Shown piece by piece: positions 16,931 through 25,988 of a stretch of 32,325 bases of DNA (within the stretch, counting starts at the first letter, position 1; every line of letters starts with the position of its first letter). The stretch is from positions 1 through 32,325 of IMG/VR virus record IMGVR_UViG_3300020401_000755. One strand, written 5' to 3'. Under the pieces are notes generated by a model that saw nothing but the letters and a program-made list of their open reading frames with translations, made no database searches and was not told the origin of the DNA. A program made the position numbers and the translations under genes. This stretch comes from a virus (lineage: Duplodnaviria > Caudoviricetes).

Positions 16931-17407
16931 TTACTTGTTGTTAACATGAGAGTTTCTGGTTTTGTCGATTGCTCTAGAACCGAACCAGAAAGATATGATA
17001 GCGGCGAATATCGCCTTAGTATCATCGTCCCATAGGATATTGATTGCGTCAGAGAACTCAGTTCCCTTCTCCATCGCCTCCATCAATAGGGTCACTTCAA
17101 TTACTGCAAACAATCCAAAGAAACAGTAAGTGATTACTGGTCTTACAGATTTCTGTAATCCTGCAATAAATCCCTTTCCTTGATTAATGCTTATGTCATG
17201 GTCGATGAGTCGTTGATGTTCTTTATCTGCCCCCATCTGTTCATACATTTTAATTTCATGGTCAAAACCTGCAGCTCTTAACTCTGCCATTTTTTCCATC
17301 TTCTTGAGTTCAAACTTTTGCTCGTTCTTTTGTCTGAAATGGTCTGTGATAGCAGGAACTATCGAACCACCAAAACCTAAAAGACTACCTAGAATACCTG
17401 ATAACAT
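16931..17407 (-). CDS. membrane protein resembling 3-TM holins (GTA-holin-like)
   Basis: SVRPVITY and FWFGSR motifs, hydrophobic segments; GAGGA SD. Confidence 0.65.
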   Translation of the reverse strand: MLSGILGSLLGFGGSIVPAITDHFRQKNEQKFELKKMEKMAELRAAGFDHEIKMYEQMGADKEHQRLIDHDISINQGKGFIAGLQKSVRPVITYCFFGLFAVIEVTLLMEAMEKGTEFSDAINILWDDDTKAIFAAIISFWFGSRAIDKTRNSHVNNK

Positions 17408-17416
17408 ATTGTTTCC

Positions 17417-17719
17417 TCACTTATATTTGTCGGACTTTCTTTTTTCACCATCTGACCTTGCAATAAGTCCTTTTGCTTTGAGATGAGTAATATCTCCAAA
17501 CCCTGCCTTTCCTGCTTTGTATCTCTTCATAGCATCGGCAGTGTCAGGTGCTTTCTCAAGAATAGAATCGGTCATTCTCTTTCTACTCTCAAGTCTGTCC
17601 TTGATGAATCTCCTCACCACTTCGATATCTTTCTTCTTTTTCTTTTTAAGATGTACAGGTGGAACTCCAGTCAACCCTGCGACTGAACCAACACCAGTAA
17701 ATTCTTTGAACTTCTTCAT
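17417..17719 (-). CDS. small basic protein, probable internal head protein
   Basis: MKKFKEF start at 17719 (GGAG SD, ATGA overlap). Confidence 0.7.
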   Translation of the reverse strand: MKKFKEFTGVGSVAGLTGVPPVHLKKKKKKDIEVVRRFIKDRLESRKRMTDSILEKAPDTADAMKRYKAGKAGFGDITHLKAKGLIARSDGEKRKSDKYK

Positions 17720-18315
17720 CGTGTTATCTCCCCAGTGGTAAAGTATACCCACTGCTTAGAGTTCTCATGAATACCTTTGTATATATCTATACCTTGGAAC
17801 TCTCCAATCGGTAAAGATTCTACATCCAATACACGAATCTTGTCACCCTTTTGTACAATCTCTTCAACCTCTGTGGTGACAGTTCCATTCTTCATTCTAT
17901 AGATTCCAGGCGATAGTCTATTGCCTTCAACCATAAACCACTTGCTTTCTTCAGCAAGACAGTCAAGAATATCCACTCCAGTTGCTTCGTGGATTTTCAT
18001 TAAATCTTTATCGGATAAATTTCCGTGTTCTTTGATGAGTAGTAATGCAGAACCATATCTTGCTATTGCGGATTGTCCGCCTGGGACTTTAGCAAGTAAT
18101 CTTTTGAGGTTCATTACTAATCGTATGAAAGGGGTATAATGTTCTCTGTAGGCATCACGGTTATCACCTTTATTCATATCAAAGTCTTTGATTCTTTTAC
18201 CGTCTTTGTCTATGATACCTGCTTTGAACGCACCAGTCTTTTCGAAAGGTGTAACTAATAGTTTTAGAAACCTTATCGTAAATACTAAATCTGCCGCTGA
18301 CTTTAATATACCCAT
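17716..18315 (-). CDS. conserved T4-like hypothetical protein
   Basis: RFLKLLVTPF, AFKAGIIDKDG, LVMNLKRLL; start at ATG 18315, 5 nt after CATAAATA. Confidence 0.75.
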   Translation of the reverse strand: MGILKSAADLVFTIRFLKLLVTPFEKTGAFKAGIIDKDGKRIKDFDMNKGDNRDAYREHYTPFIRLVMNLKRLLAKVPGGQSAIARYGSALLLIKEHGNLSDKDLMKIHEATGVDILDCLAEESKWFMVEGNRLSPGIYRMKNGTVTTEVEEIVQKGDKIRVLDVESLPIGEFQGIDIYKGIHENSKQWVYFTTGEITR

Positions 18316-18320
18316 AGTCG

Positions 18321-18328
18321 TATTTATG
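18321..18328 (-). promoter_or_regulatory. late promoter CATAAATA
   Basis: CATAAATA-cgact-ATG with no SD. Confidence 0.65.
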
Positions 18329-18689
18329 CTTTTTTGATTTCTCGCAGAGCAGAAACTACCTTCGCATCCATTTCGATGTTGGTATACTCTGTGTTTTTGA
18401 TTGCGTTTAGGAAGAGCAAGAAAGGTTTGATAACACCCCAATGCTTCAACTCTATCTTTAATTCTAACATATCAAGTCCTGCTTGAAAACCAAATACATT
18501 GAACACCACGATTAGGTGATTGAGAATGAGTCTCTCAGACAGTTGACCTGTCTGCTCATACTTATTGAGGAGTCGTTTGATATACTTGAATCTCTTCAAG
18601 TCTTCAAAGAATTCTTCACTATCAATACAACGAGGGTTGTGATAGTGTTTCGCCGCAAATAATATTAGATTGTCTTTTGTCAGTTGCAT
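18324..18689 (-). CDS. conserved T4-like hypothetical protein
   Basis: FAAKHYHNP.C...EFFEDLKRFKYIKRLL...RLILNHL, a motif set typical of marine T4-like phages. Confidence 0.8.
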   Translation of the reverse strand: MQLTKDNLILFAAKHYHNPRCIDSEEFFEDLKRFKYIKRLLNKYEQTGQLSERLILNHLIVVFNVFGFQAGLDMLELKIELKHWGVIKPFLLFLNAIKNTEYTNIEMDAKVVSALREIKKA

Positions 18690-18695
18690 AATAAT

Positions 18696-18726
18696 AAAAC
18701 CAAATAATAGGGATTACTCCCTATTA
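18696..18726 (-). terminator. hairpin with GTAA tetraloop, probable terminator
   Basis: TAATAGGGA-GTAA-TCCCTATTA followed by TTTGGTTTT, right after the stop of 18728..19024. Confidence 0.6.
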
Positions 18727-18727
18727 C

Positions 18728-19024
18728 TTAGTCATCAATTACATCTGACAATTGTTCAACCAATGTGTCTTTTTTCATTCTACGGTCTAATTCAATACCG
18801 TGTTGTCTTCCAAGTTCTTCGAGTTCTACTTTAGTCATTGACTCAAGACCTTTATTACTTGAAGGTGCTTCAGTTAATACTTGTGGTGAACCCACTCCAT
18901 GGAACTCATTAATTTGTTCTTGTGTGATAGATGTTGACACATACAACTCACCAGTATCAGGGTCTTCCCATCCTCTAAGAGTTGGTACTGCATTCGAACA
19001 CCATCCAGGCGCTTTAATAGTCAT
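18728..19024 (-). CDS. hypothetical protein with a C-terminal HeH/Rho-N-like helical motif
   Basis: LESMTKVELEELGRQHGIELDRRMKKDTLVEQL. Confidence 0.7.
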   Translation of the reverse strand: MTIKAPGWCSNAVPTLRGWEDPDTGELYVSTSITQEQINEFHGVGSPQVLTEAPSSNKGLESMTKVELEELGRQHGIELDRRMKKDTLVEQLSDVIDD

Positions 19025-19026
19025 AA

Positions 19027-20505
19027 TTATTTTCCTCTAAGTTTTGCCATTCTCTCCAAAAATGCTTTGGCACTCTTGGTTCTACCATCGTAAGGATTAG
19101 ATTCTTTCTTTGCCTTACCTTTAGGTTCAACTTCGTCTTGTAGTTCTTTCATAGTTTTACCCATGATTACTTCTCTGATTTTATCTTGCAGAGGAGATGA
19201 CTTACCAAAAGATTCTTTCACTGGGTTCACTACTTTAGTGTCACCTGCTTTATTATCTTGAGGTCTTTTACCTGAGTTAGGTTTAGTCGCAGAACTACCT
19301 GCCTTAGTTGTTTTATCAACGGCATCCTTTTGATTGTCTTCGATGCCTTTGTCAGAAGAACCATCATGCTTCTTCTTAAACTCTTTAGACTTCTCTGAAT
19401 CTTTAGAATCCATAGGTTCTGGTGGTTCAGCATTAGACTTCTGTTGTTTAGCAACAGTTTCTAACATATCCAACAGTTCTTCAGTTGCTTCTCCGATTTT
19501 AGAGATTTCGGCAGTCTTTGGAGATTGTGCGACTTTCTTTTTCTTGTCCTTGTCTTTTCCGTTTTCTTTATCATCGGAATCATCGGACTTCTCTTCACCA
19601 TTATCTCCATTACCTTTTTCTTCCTCGTCACCGTTACCGTTCTTCTTAGGTGGGAAAGGCATCTTTTTCTTCTTATCCTTTTCACCATTCTCTTCTTCAC
19701 CGTTCTCGTCTTCTTCATTAGAGACTGCTTTAGATACTGCTTTTCTTCTCTTGTGAAGATACTCGTCAGATGAATCTACATCACCATCGTTATCGATGTC
19801 TTTGTCTTTACGGTCTTTGAACTTCTTCTTGACTGCTTTAGGTTGGACTTTATCAAGACCATCACCATCGTCAGACTTGTCGTTAGTGTTGTCTTCTTTC
19901 TTTGCCTGACCTTTAATCATCTTCTTGTCTTCTTTATCTTTATTAGACTTCATGTGATTTGCTTCTTCGATGATTTCCATGTCTTCAGCAGGAACTTCTT
20001 TTTCGATACCATGCTTGAATTCCACATCATACCACTCAACATAACCATCGTCAGTTGGGATTGCGTGTGATTCGTATACAGGTTTACCAAGACCCCACTC
20101 AGGGTGATTTACTATGATTGCACAGTTGTGGTCTTTAGAATGACAGAGTTCTCTTACTTCTTCTTCAGAGAATCCTTCTTTCATTCCTTTAGGTTTGTCA
20201 TGAACATAACCCTTCTTACCAAGTGCCATATGGTCATCATATGTTTTTGCCATAACACCTTTACCAGTCTTAGGGTCATACATCATGTGGGGTTTGAAAT
20301 CTTTTTCATCCTTACACTCAACCATGTTACCATTGAGTGCTTCTTCTACATCGTATTTCTTACCTGCAAAAGTGAATGTTTTTTCTCCTTTGTCCTTTGC
20401 CATTTTTGCGGCGTAGACAAATTGCTTTTTGTCTTCTTTGACTTTACTGGATTCCACAACAGAGGCGTATGCTTCACCCAGTCTTTTTATATCAGATGTT
20501 CTCAT
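19027..20505 (-). CDS. large, highly charged modular protein, probable internal head/core protein
   Basis: K/E/D-rich low-complexity tracts, a DKDIDNDGDVDSSDEYL motif, modules separated by xxE. Confidence 0.7.
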   Translation of the reverse strand: MRTSDIKRLGEAYASVVESSKVKEDKKQFVYAAKMAKDKGEKTFTFAGKKYDVEEALNGNMVECKDEKDFKPHMMYDPKTGKGVMAKTYDDHMALGKKGYVHDKPKGMKEGFSEEEVRELCHSKDHNCAIIVNHPEWGLGKPVYESHAIPTDDGYVEWYDVEFKHGIEKEVPAEDMEIIEEANHMKSNKDKEDKKMIKGQAKKEDNTNDKSDDGDGLDKVQPKAVKKKFKDRKDKDIDNDGDVDSSDEYLHKRRKAVSKAVSNEEDENGEEENGEKDKKKKMPFPPKKNGNGDEEEKGNGDNGEEKSDDSDDKENGKDKDKKKKVAQSPKTAEISKIGEATEELLDMLETVAKQQKSNAEPPEPMDSKDSEKSKEFKKKHDGSSDKGIEDNQKDAVDKTTKAGSSATKPNSGKRPQDNKAGDTKVVNPVKESFGKSSPLQDKIREVIMGKTMKELQDEVEPKGKAKKESNPYDGRTKSAKAFLERMAKLRGK

Positions 20506-20517
20506 TACTTTCTCCGT

Positions 20518-20832
20518 TTACATCCAGAAAGATGCCACTAAAGCACCTGCGATAGTTGTTACTGCAATCCAGAACAGACGATTGATTACTCTTACAGTGT
20601 TAGCATTATCATCGACTTTCTTTTCGATTTGGTCTAACTTCTCTGAGAAACGATTCATCCTCTGAAATTGGTTATCGTAATTACCATTCAGAGTAGCGAG
20701 TTTCTCTTCTGCACGAGCAATGGAAATCATTGCTTCGGATAGTTTGTCAAGTTTCTCTTCTATTCGGTCAAACCGAACTTCAGAGTGTGCTTCTATACGA
20801 GCAAGTCTTTCCGACTGTGTTTCTTTTGCCAT
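20518..20832 (-). CDS. coiled-coil protein with a C-terminal TM helix (XhlA-like architecture)
   Basis: Heptad-rich body ending in LFWIAVTTIAGALVASFWM. Confidence 0.7.
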   Translation of the reverse strand: MAKETQSERLARIEAHSEVRFDRIEEKLDKLSEAMISIARAEEKLATLNGNYDNQFQRMNRFSEKLDQIEKKVDDNANTVRVINRLFWIAVTTIAGALVASFWM

Positions 20833-20858
20833 GTCTGTCCCATTTGCATATAATAGTT

Positions 20859-21545
20859 CTAAACTATAGTTCTATTTATAAGACTTATGTTCTTTACTCT
20901 ATAATTTTTTATTCTTTCTTGCCACTCTTCAAACAAATAATCGTCTATATTTAGATATTCGATTAAAGCATCAAGTGTCAATTCTGTTCTACTATCTCCC
21001 TTATGAAACAAATCACAGGGGTCTATTATAATATAATCGTGTTGGTCTGGTATCAAATCTATATACATCTGGGTCAGTTCTTGACATGTTTGCCATTGTT
21101 CTGTCCAGAATCTTTCCAAATCCATTCCACCTTCTCTTAATATATCTCCGTCTTTGTTAGCAATCGTTAAGTCAAGTTTTGATTTTGCTAACTCATCAAT
21201 ATATTTAACAGACTCTTCACTCTTGGGTTGTAACAATATATTCTTGGTTTCATACCAAGACTCCCAGAGATATTCTTTCCAAACTTGTGGTTGTTTACTA
21301 AAACCATATCCATGGTCTAATCGTATATTCCACACCTCTGGGTCTGGTAACCAATCAGTGTATGGTGAACTACCGTCCATATGATACTGGGATAGTTGGT
21401 CATCTCTTTCGATTTGCCACTTTTCCAAGTATTCAATATATTCGACTTCCTTAGTAATTATCTCATCATGACTGACAAGAAGACTACCTAGGAACTCACC
21501 ACCACCCCCACCACGGTAGAGGACATTAATCAGTTTATTGTTCAT
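20859..21545 (-). CDS. hypothetical protein, possibly sulfotransferase/P-loop-like fold
   Basis: N-terminal VLYRGGGGGEFLGSLL, C-terminal LIEYLNI; weak resemblance only. Confidence 0.5.
   Translation of the reverse strand: MNNKLINVLYRGGGGGEFLGSLLVSHDEIITKEVEYIEYLEKWQIERDDQLSQYHMDGSSPYTDWLPDPEVWNIRLDHGYGFSKQPQVWKEYLWESWYETKNILLQPKSEESVKYIDELAKSKLDLTIANKDGDILREGGMDLERFWTEQWQTCQELTQMYIDLIPDQHDYIIIDPCDLFHKGDSRTELTLDALIEYLNIDDYLFEEWQERIKNYRVKNISLINRTIV
20873..20880 (-). promoter_or_regulatory. T4-type late promoter TATAAATA
   Basis: Exact consensus 40 nt upstream of ATG 20832. Confidence 0.75.
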
Positions 21546-21810
21546 CCCAAATCTTCAATACAAGGTCTCCATCTCCTTTTATAACCCTATGATACATCAT
21601 CTTGGGTATATAGTAGATTCTTCCCTTTTCCATAACGATTGGTTTCTCGTTGTCAAACTGGAGTTGCCAGTTCTCCCCCTCTAAAACCGTAACCTGTCTA
21701 TGGCACTTATCTCTGTGCCATACTAATTCTTCGTCTGGACAATCCCAACCAAAGGTTCTAGTTCTTGTTGATAAATCACTTGAAAAGTAATCATTATATG
21801 GTTTTACCAA
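21535..21810 (-). CDS. small cupin-fold protein
   Basis: LVWHRD and YIPKMMYHRVIKG cupin motifs. Confidence 0.75.
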   Translation of the reverse strand: MVKPYNDYFSSDLSTRTRTFGWDCPDEELVWHRDKCHRQVTVLEGENWQLQFDNEKPIVMEKGRIYYIPKMMYHRVIKGDGDLVLKIWDEQ

Positions 21811-22319
21811 AAAAAACTTCCCCCACCTGAGAGTCCTAATTGTTTAGCATATCTAGGCAATCGACATGCCCAATAGGCTGCTTTTGTTTTATCGTTCTGT
21901 TGGTCGCACTTATGTCTCGCCGCAAATGACTTACGAGCAGCTGGGTCATCTAGTTTGACCTTTAATCCTGTTGTGTCACCCCATGTGACTTTCTTTACAT
22001 TACCACTTGAAGGGTCACGAACATACACATAGTATTTCTTCGGCCCACCTCTCTTCGGTTGATTCAGAGGAACATCTTGTTTCTCATCCTCTAGAATACA
22101 ATCCAAGGGAACTGGGTGTCCATTAACTCGTGCAAATGTTCCTAGGTCTGATTCTATGATATCTAACTCATGGTCATCGACTTCTAGTTCACCTGCGTGA
22201 TATTGTTCTCTTGCGATTCTCCAATATTCAAAATACTTTTCTGAACCTACACGATAGATATTAGACTCTACCAGTTTAGATTCTTTGGCACATTCGCAAT
22301 GTTCTTCAAATGTCTTCAT
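21804..22319 (-). CDS. hypothetical virion-type protein (RKSFxARHxC...YWAC motif)
   Basis: MKTFEE start; His/Cys-containing C-terminal domain. Confidence 0.75.
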   Translation of the reverse strand: MKTFEEHCECAKESKLVESNIYRVGSEKYFEYWRIAREQYHAGELEVDDHELDIIESDLGTFARVNGHPVPLDCILEDEKQDVPLNQPKRGGPKKYYVYVRDPSSGNVKKVTWGDTTGLKVKLDDPAARKSFAARHKCDQQNDKTKAAYWACRLPRYAKQLGLSGGGSFFW

Positions 22320-22522
22320 CTAATTTCTATCTTGCCGTTTGGCATTTGTGTTACTCTGACACCAAGTAATTTTCCTACCTGAGTCAGTAGTTGTACTCTT
22401 CTCTTAGAAGATTGCTTTGATAATTCTTTTTCTAGTCTACTAGACATAGATTGTATCGCACCAATCTCTGATTGAATCAGTGGTGCTTCTTCAAGTTTTC
22501 TTATGTCCTTAAATTTCTTCAT
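22316..22522 (-). CDS. small hypothetical protein, probable internal head protein
   Basis: MKKFKDIRKLEE start; ATGA overlaps at both ends. Confidence 0.7.
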   Translation of the reverse strand: MKKFKDIRKLEEAPLIQSEIGAIQSMSSRLEKELSKQSSKRRVQLLTQVGKLLGVRVTQMPNGKIEIR

Positions 22523-23988
22523 CGAAGTTTACTCAATACCTTCTTCATGTCAGCAGGACTTTTATATATCATTGCTTGAAACTTTGCTTTGTCCTGTGGT
22601 TTTCTTAGTCTATCAAAGAACTGACCAATCTTGACTGCATCTTTTTTAGTCACATTGATAGTCTTACCGTTTTCAAATTCAACCTTACCACCTCTTGGTA
22701 GGTCAGATACTCTACGCAATTGCATGATGATATTCTTAGAAGCAGCCTTTCTATCGTCATCGGTTGCTTTCATATCTTGGTCAGCAGGGTCAACACCTCT
22801 TTTGCGTCCACCACCTGCTCTTCTGAAGTCACGGAATGCTTTATCTTTGTTGTTTTCTTTTAATTCTTTTGTTTGGTCTTTAGTTAATAAATTACCCAAA
22901 GAAGTGACAAATTGACCGTCAACTATGTAGTCTGCTTTAGTTAATTTATCTCTTTTAGGATTCATCTTCTGGAGCATCGTCATAAAACCTCTTGGGTTTC
23001 GTTTGAACATACCTTCAAGGACTTTAGGAGAAGTCATTGCAAGTAAATCTCCTATTGCGATTTTCTGACCTCTAGTAGTTGCTTTCACTTTTCGCATAAA
23101 TTTAATTTTTTCAATCTGTGCTTTTTTATTGTCTGCCTTGCCTTCTCTTAATCCAAGTGATTTTCTGCGTTGATTAATTTGGTTGATAATCTTTTTCTGT
23201 GCAGGAGAGCCTGGCATAGTTTTCATTGCTTTGGTGTAGAGTCCCATTAACTCCGCATCCATAGCAACATCTTTCATTTTACCTTCTTCTACATCCTCAC
23301 CTTGCGCTCTTTTAATCTGGTCTTGAGTAGGTGCGCCTTTCTCACCTTTCTTTCTCATCCTTTCACCCCTTGCTCTTTTAGCACGGATGTTATCCCAGAG
23401 TCCTTCACTGACAGAGTTTCTTCGCATCAGTTTCATAGCGGCGTTTGCCAACTGAGTGACCTTCATCTTCTCCATCTTCTTCTTATTAGCATCATTTACT
23501 TTGTCGTAAATCTGTGAGATAGCAGATGCAGTAAACATATCAACCATGACACCATCGATTTTCATTGCTTGTTTCTTAGCAACGATTTGCTTTATCTTTG
23601 GAATAGCATTCTCTTCTAATGATTCCATAGGAGTATCTTTCTTGTATTTCTTCTTGAGTTCGTCTGTGCCTTCTTCACCTGCACCATAACTCTTTTCTTT
23701 GAGTCCTTTATTAAGCATCTTGTCGATTTGTGGTGTAGTCATGTCTTTTTCTGTAGGGTCACCATAGGATGATTTACCAATAGTGATTCGTAGAAAATCG
23801 TTGACTGCTTTCTTATTACCAGATACACGGACATGTTTACCCATCATAGCAGACTTCAATCCCATGCGTTTAGCATTCTTTGCTATTGCCAATGCATGTT
23901 TGTTCTGGTCAGCAGATTTCTTTATTCTGTTTCGTGGGTCAACAGTAATATTTGCTACTTCTTCCCTTATATCTGATAATTTTTTCAT
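22519..23988 (-). CDS. large basic modular protein, probable internal head polyprotein
   Basis: MKKLSDIREE start; K/M-rich modules bounded by LKE/LEE/VSE/VEE/LRE. Confidence 0.7.
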   Translation of the reverse strand: MKKLSDIREEVANITVDPRNRIKKSADQNKHALAIAKNAKRMGLKSAMMGKHVRVSGNKKAVNDFLRITIGKSSYGDPTEKDMTTPQIDKMLNKGLKEKSYGAGEEGTDELKKKYKKDTPMESLEENAIPKIKQIVAKKQAMKIDGVMVDMFTASAISQIYDKVNDANKKKMEKMKVTQLANAAMKLMRRNSVSEGLWDNIRAKRARGERMRKKGEKGAPTQDQIKRAQGEDVEEGKMKDVAMDAELMGLYTKAMKTMPGSPAQKKIINQINQRRKSLGLREGKADNKKAQIEKIKFMRKVKATTRGQKIAIGDLLAMTSPKVLEGMFKRNPRGFMTMLQKMNPKRDKLTKADYIVDGQFVTSLGNLLTKDQTKELKENNKDKAFRDFRRAGGGRKRGVDPADQDMKATDDDRKAASKNIIMQLRRVSDLPRGGKVEFENGKTINVTKKDAVKIGQFFDRLRKPQDKAKFQAMIYKSPADMKKVLSKLR

Positions 23989-24266
23989 TACGCTAAGTCC
24001 TTATCGTGGTTAAGTCCACCTTTTTTCTTCTTCACTATAAAGGCATTAACTCTGGCATATCCCCACTGTTGAGGTGTAGTCCCAGGCCTGTGACCTGACT
24101 TCCATGCGGCGACTCCACGGTTATATACTTTTTTTAGTGTTCCGTATGATATTCCTGACTTCTCTGACTTCTTCTTGAGTGCTTCGTCTGCTTCCTTTAT
24201 TGCAGATTCTTCAGTAATAGAATTCCAGAGGTCAGCAATGGTTAAGAATTTCTTTAACTTTATCAT
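23988..24266 (-). CDS. small conserved viral protein (VYxRGxAAWxxGHRPGxTxQQWxxARV motif, DUF5824-like)
   Basis: Motif recognised from large DNA viruses and phages; TAATG coupling. Confidence 0.7.
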   Translation of the reverse strand: MIKLKKFLTIADLWNSITEESAIKEADEALKKKSEKSGISYGTLKKVYNRGVAAWKSGHRPGTTPQQWGYARVNAFIVKKKKGGLNHDKDLA

Positions 24267-25606
24267 TCTGTTTCTCTATTTTTTCGTTTAGTTTTTGCGG
24301 TTCTAGCACGGTCAAGCATTTGGTCGTGCTTTCTTTTGTCTGCTTCCTTTTCTCTATTGATAGCATCCCTTGCAGTTTTTACTTCATCCTCACCATACAT
24401 TTGTTTGAAGGACTTGGTGTACTTCGAAGGTTTGGTATCTTTACCTTTATCGCCAGGCGCAGGTTTGTATGCGTTAGGGTCATTGTCTGGTTTCTTTGCA
24501 TTCTTCGCAAAGTGAGTTGCTCTTTTGTCTTTAGTAGACTTAGACATCTCATCACCATCTGCATCCTTCGCATAATACTTGGCAGGTTGTGTACCTTTCT
24601 TATCACTAACTTCCGAATCTTGTCGGACTTTAGTTCTGTCCTCTTTTCTCTTCTCTGCGACTCGTTTAGCAGTAGCAGTTGCTATTGCCATCTTCTTATC
24701 CATAGGCATCTTAGGATTATCTTTCTCTATTGCCTTGGCAATCTCTTCTCTCTTCTTGAGTTCAGCAGGAGTTAATTTCTTTTCGACAACTTCGACATCC
24801 TTTAACCACTTACGATATTTCTTGTTGTCACTTGTTTCAACAATAACATAATTAGAACCAAGAACCGTTACAGTTCCTATTTCTTGGGTCTCTTTGATTG
24901 CAACTATATCACCTATCTCAAATAGGTCACCCTTCACGAATGCTTCACGAAGGTCATCTACTTTAGGTAATGTTATGTGTCTTTTGAAACTTCTTTCTTC
25001 CTTCAGACCCATGCCCTTACGAACATCGTTGAACAACTTACGAGCATCACGGTCTGACATTCTTGAAGGAACACCTTTAGAGAATGCTTGATAATCATTG
25101 GCAGATGCGTTTGCTCTTTGTTTAGATGCAGACATGCCCTCTACTCCTTCGGAGTCAGGGTCTCTCTCTCCTGCGGAAACTATGTTTATCTTCTCGAAGT
25201 TATAGAATCCGTGTCTTGCTTTTACACCGTTATACTTGTTCAAGAGTGTATCAAACTCTCTGATACGGTCAGCACCAACAACCATAGTTACATTCTTGTA
25301 TCCTGAGTCGTATAACTTAGATGCGACATCAAATACATTCCTTACACCTTTGTCTACCATAACACTTCTTGCGTGTTTAGGGAACATCTTACGAAGGTGT
25401 TTGATTTTGTCAGAGTAAGACAATGGGTCTTTTTTAGGGTTCTGTGATTGAGATACAAATACCTTATAATCTGAACCACCAGATTTCTTAGCAATAGTAT
25501 CCATCACTTTTCCATGTCCAATAGTAGGTGGGTTCATTCTACCAAAGGTAAAATAAACTTCCTTTTCTTCTTCTATCAGATAGGACTTAAAATTCTTAAT
25601 CGTCAT
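24263..25606 (-). CDS. cytidyltransferase/NMNAT-like HxGH-fold nucleotidyltransferase with a charged C-terminal extension
   Basis: FTFGRMNPPTIGH, KDPL, VVGADR, SAGERDPD, MSASK. Confidence 0.85.
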   Translation of the reverse strand: MTIKNFKSYLIEEEKEVYFTFGRMNPPTIGHGKVMDTIAKKSGGSDYKVFVSQSQNPKKDPLSYSDKIKHLRKMFPKHARSVMVDKGVRNVFDVASKLYDSGYKNVTMVVGADRIREFDTLLNKYNGVKARHGFYNFEKINIVSAGERDPDSEGVEGMSASKQRANASANDYQAFSKGVPSRMSDRDARKLFNDVRKGMGLKEERSFKRHITLPKVDDLREAFVKGDLFEIGDIVAIKETQEIGTVTVLGSNYVIVETSDNKKYRKWLKDVEVVEKKLTPAELKKREEIAKAIEKDNPKMPMDKKMAIATATAKRVAEKRKEDRTKVRQDSEVSDKKGTQPAKYYAKDADGDEMSKSTKDKRATHFAKNAKKPDNDPNAYKPAPGDKGKDTKPSKYTKSFKQMYGEDEVKTARDAINREKEADKRKHDQMLDRARTAKTKRKNRETE

Positions 25607-25986
25607 TTATCACCACTTCTTGCTTTTTTCTTCTTCTGTATTTCTGCTTGACGCACCTTCGGAAGAAGTTTCTTAGCAATCTTATCTACAACTGCTTTCT
25701 TTTTATCTAATTGTTTTTCAATTGATTGTCTACGAGCAAAAGACAGTTCCCCTTTAGGAATGTCCTTGGTGATTTTCTTGAGCAACAAGTTTCGTGCTTG
25801 TTTCCTTGCTCTCTTTTTGAGGGTTTCCATATCGGCAATCTTACGAGCAGCCTTCTTTCTGCCAATAGCAATCTTTGCTTTATTCTTCTTCAAAGACCTT
25901 GCACGAGCAAGACGCTGTTGCATTGTCAATGCTTCAGTTGCAGGAGCAGATTCAATAAACTGTTTTAGTCCTATTGGTCTGGACAT
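25603..25986 (-). CDS. very basic hypothetical protein
   Basis: GAGGT SD supports ATG 25986; GLKQFIE near the N-terminus; R/K-rich helices. Confidence 0.7.
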   Translation of the reverse strand: MSRPIGLKQFIESAPATEALTMQQRLARARSLKKNKAKIAIGRKKAARKIADMETLKKRARKQARNLLLKKITKDIPKGELSFARRQSIEKQLDKKKAVVDKIAKKLLPKVRQAEIQKKKKARSGDK

Positions 25987-25988
25987 GA

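Noticed and set aside
19500-19950. Tandem DNA repeat in the low-complexity region
   Set aside because: It reflects K/E/D/NG-rich coding sequence; no regular repeat unit
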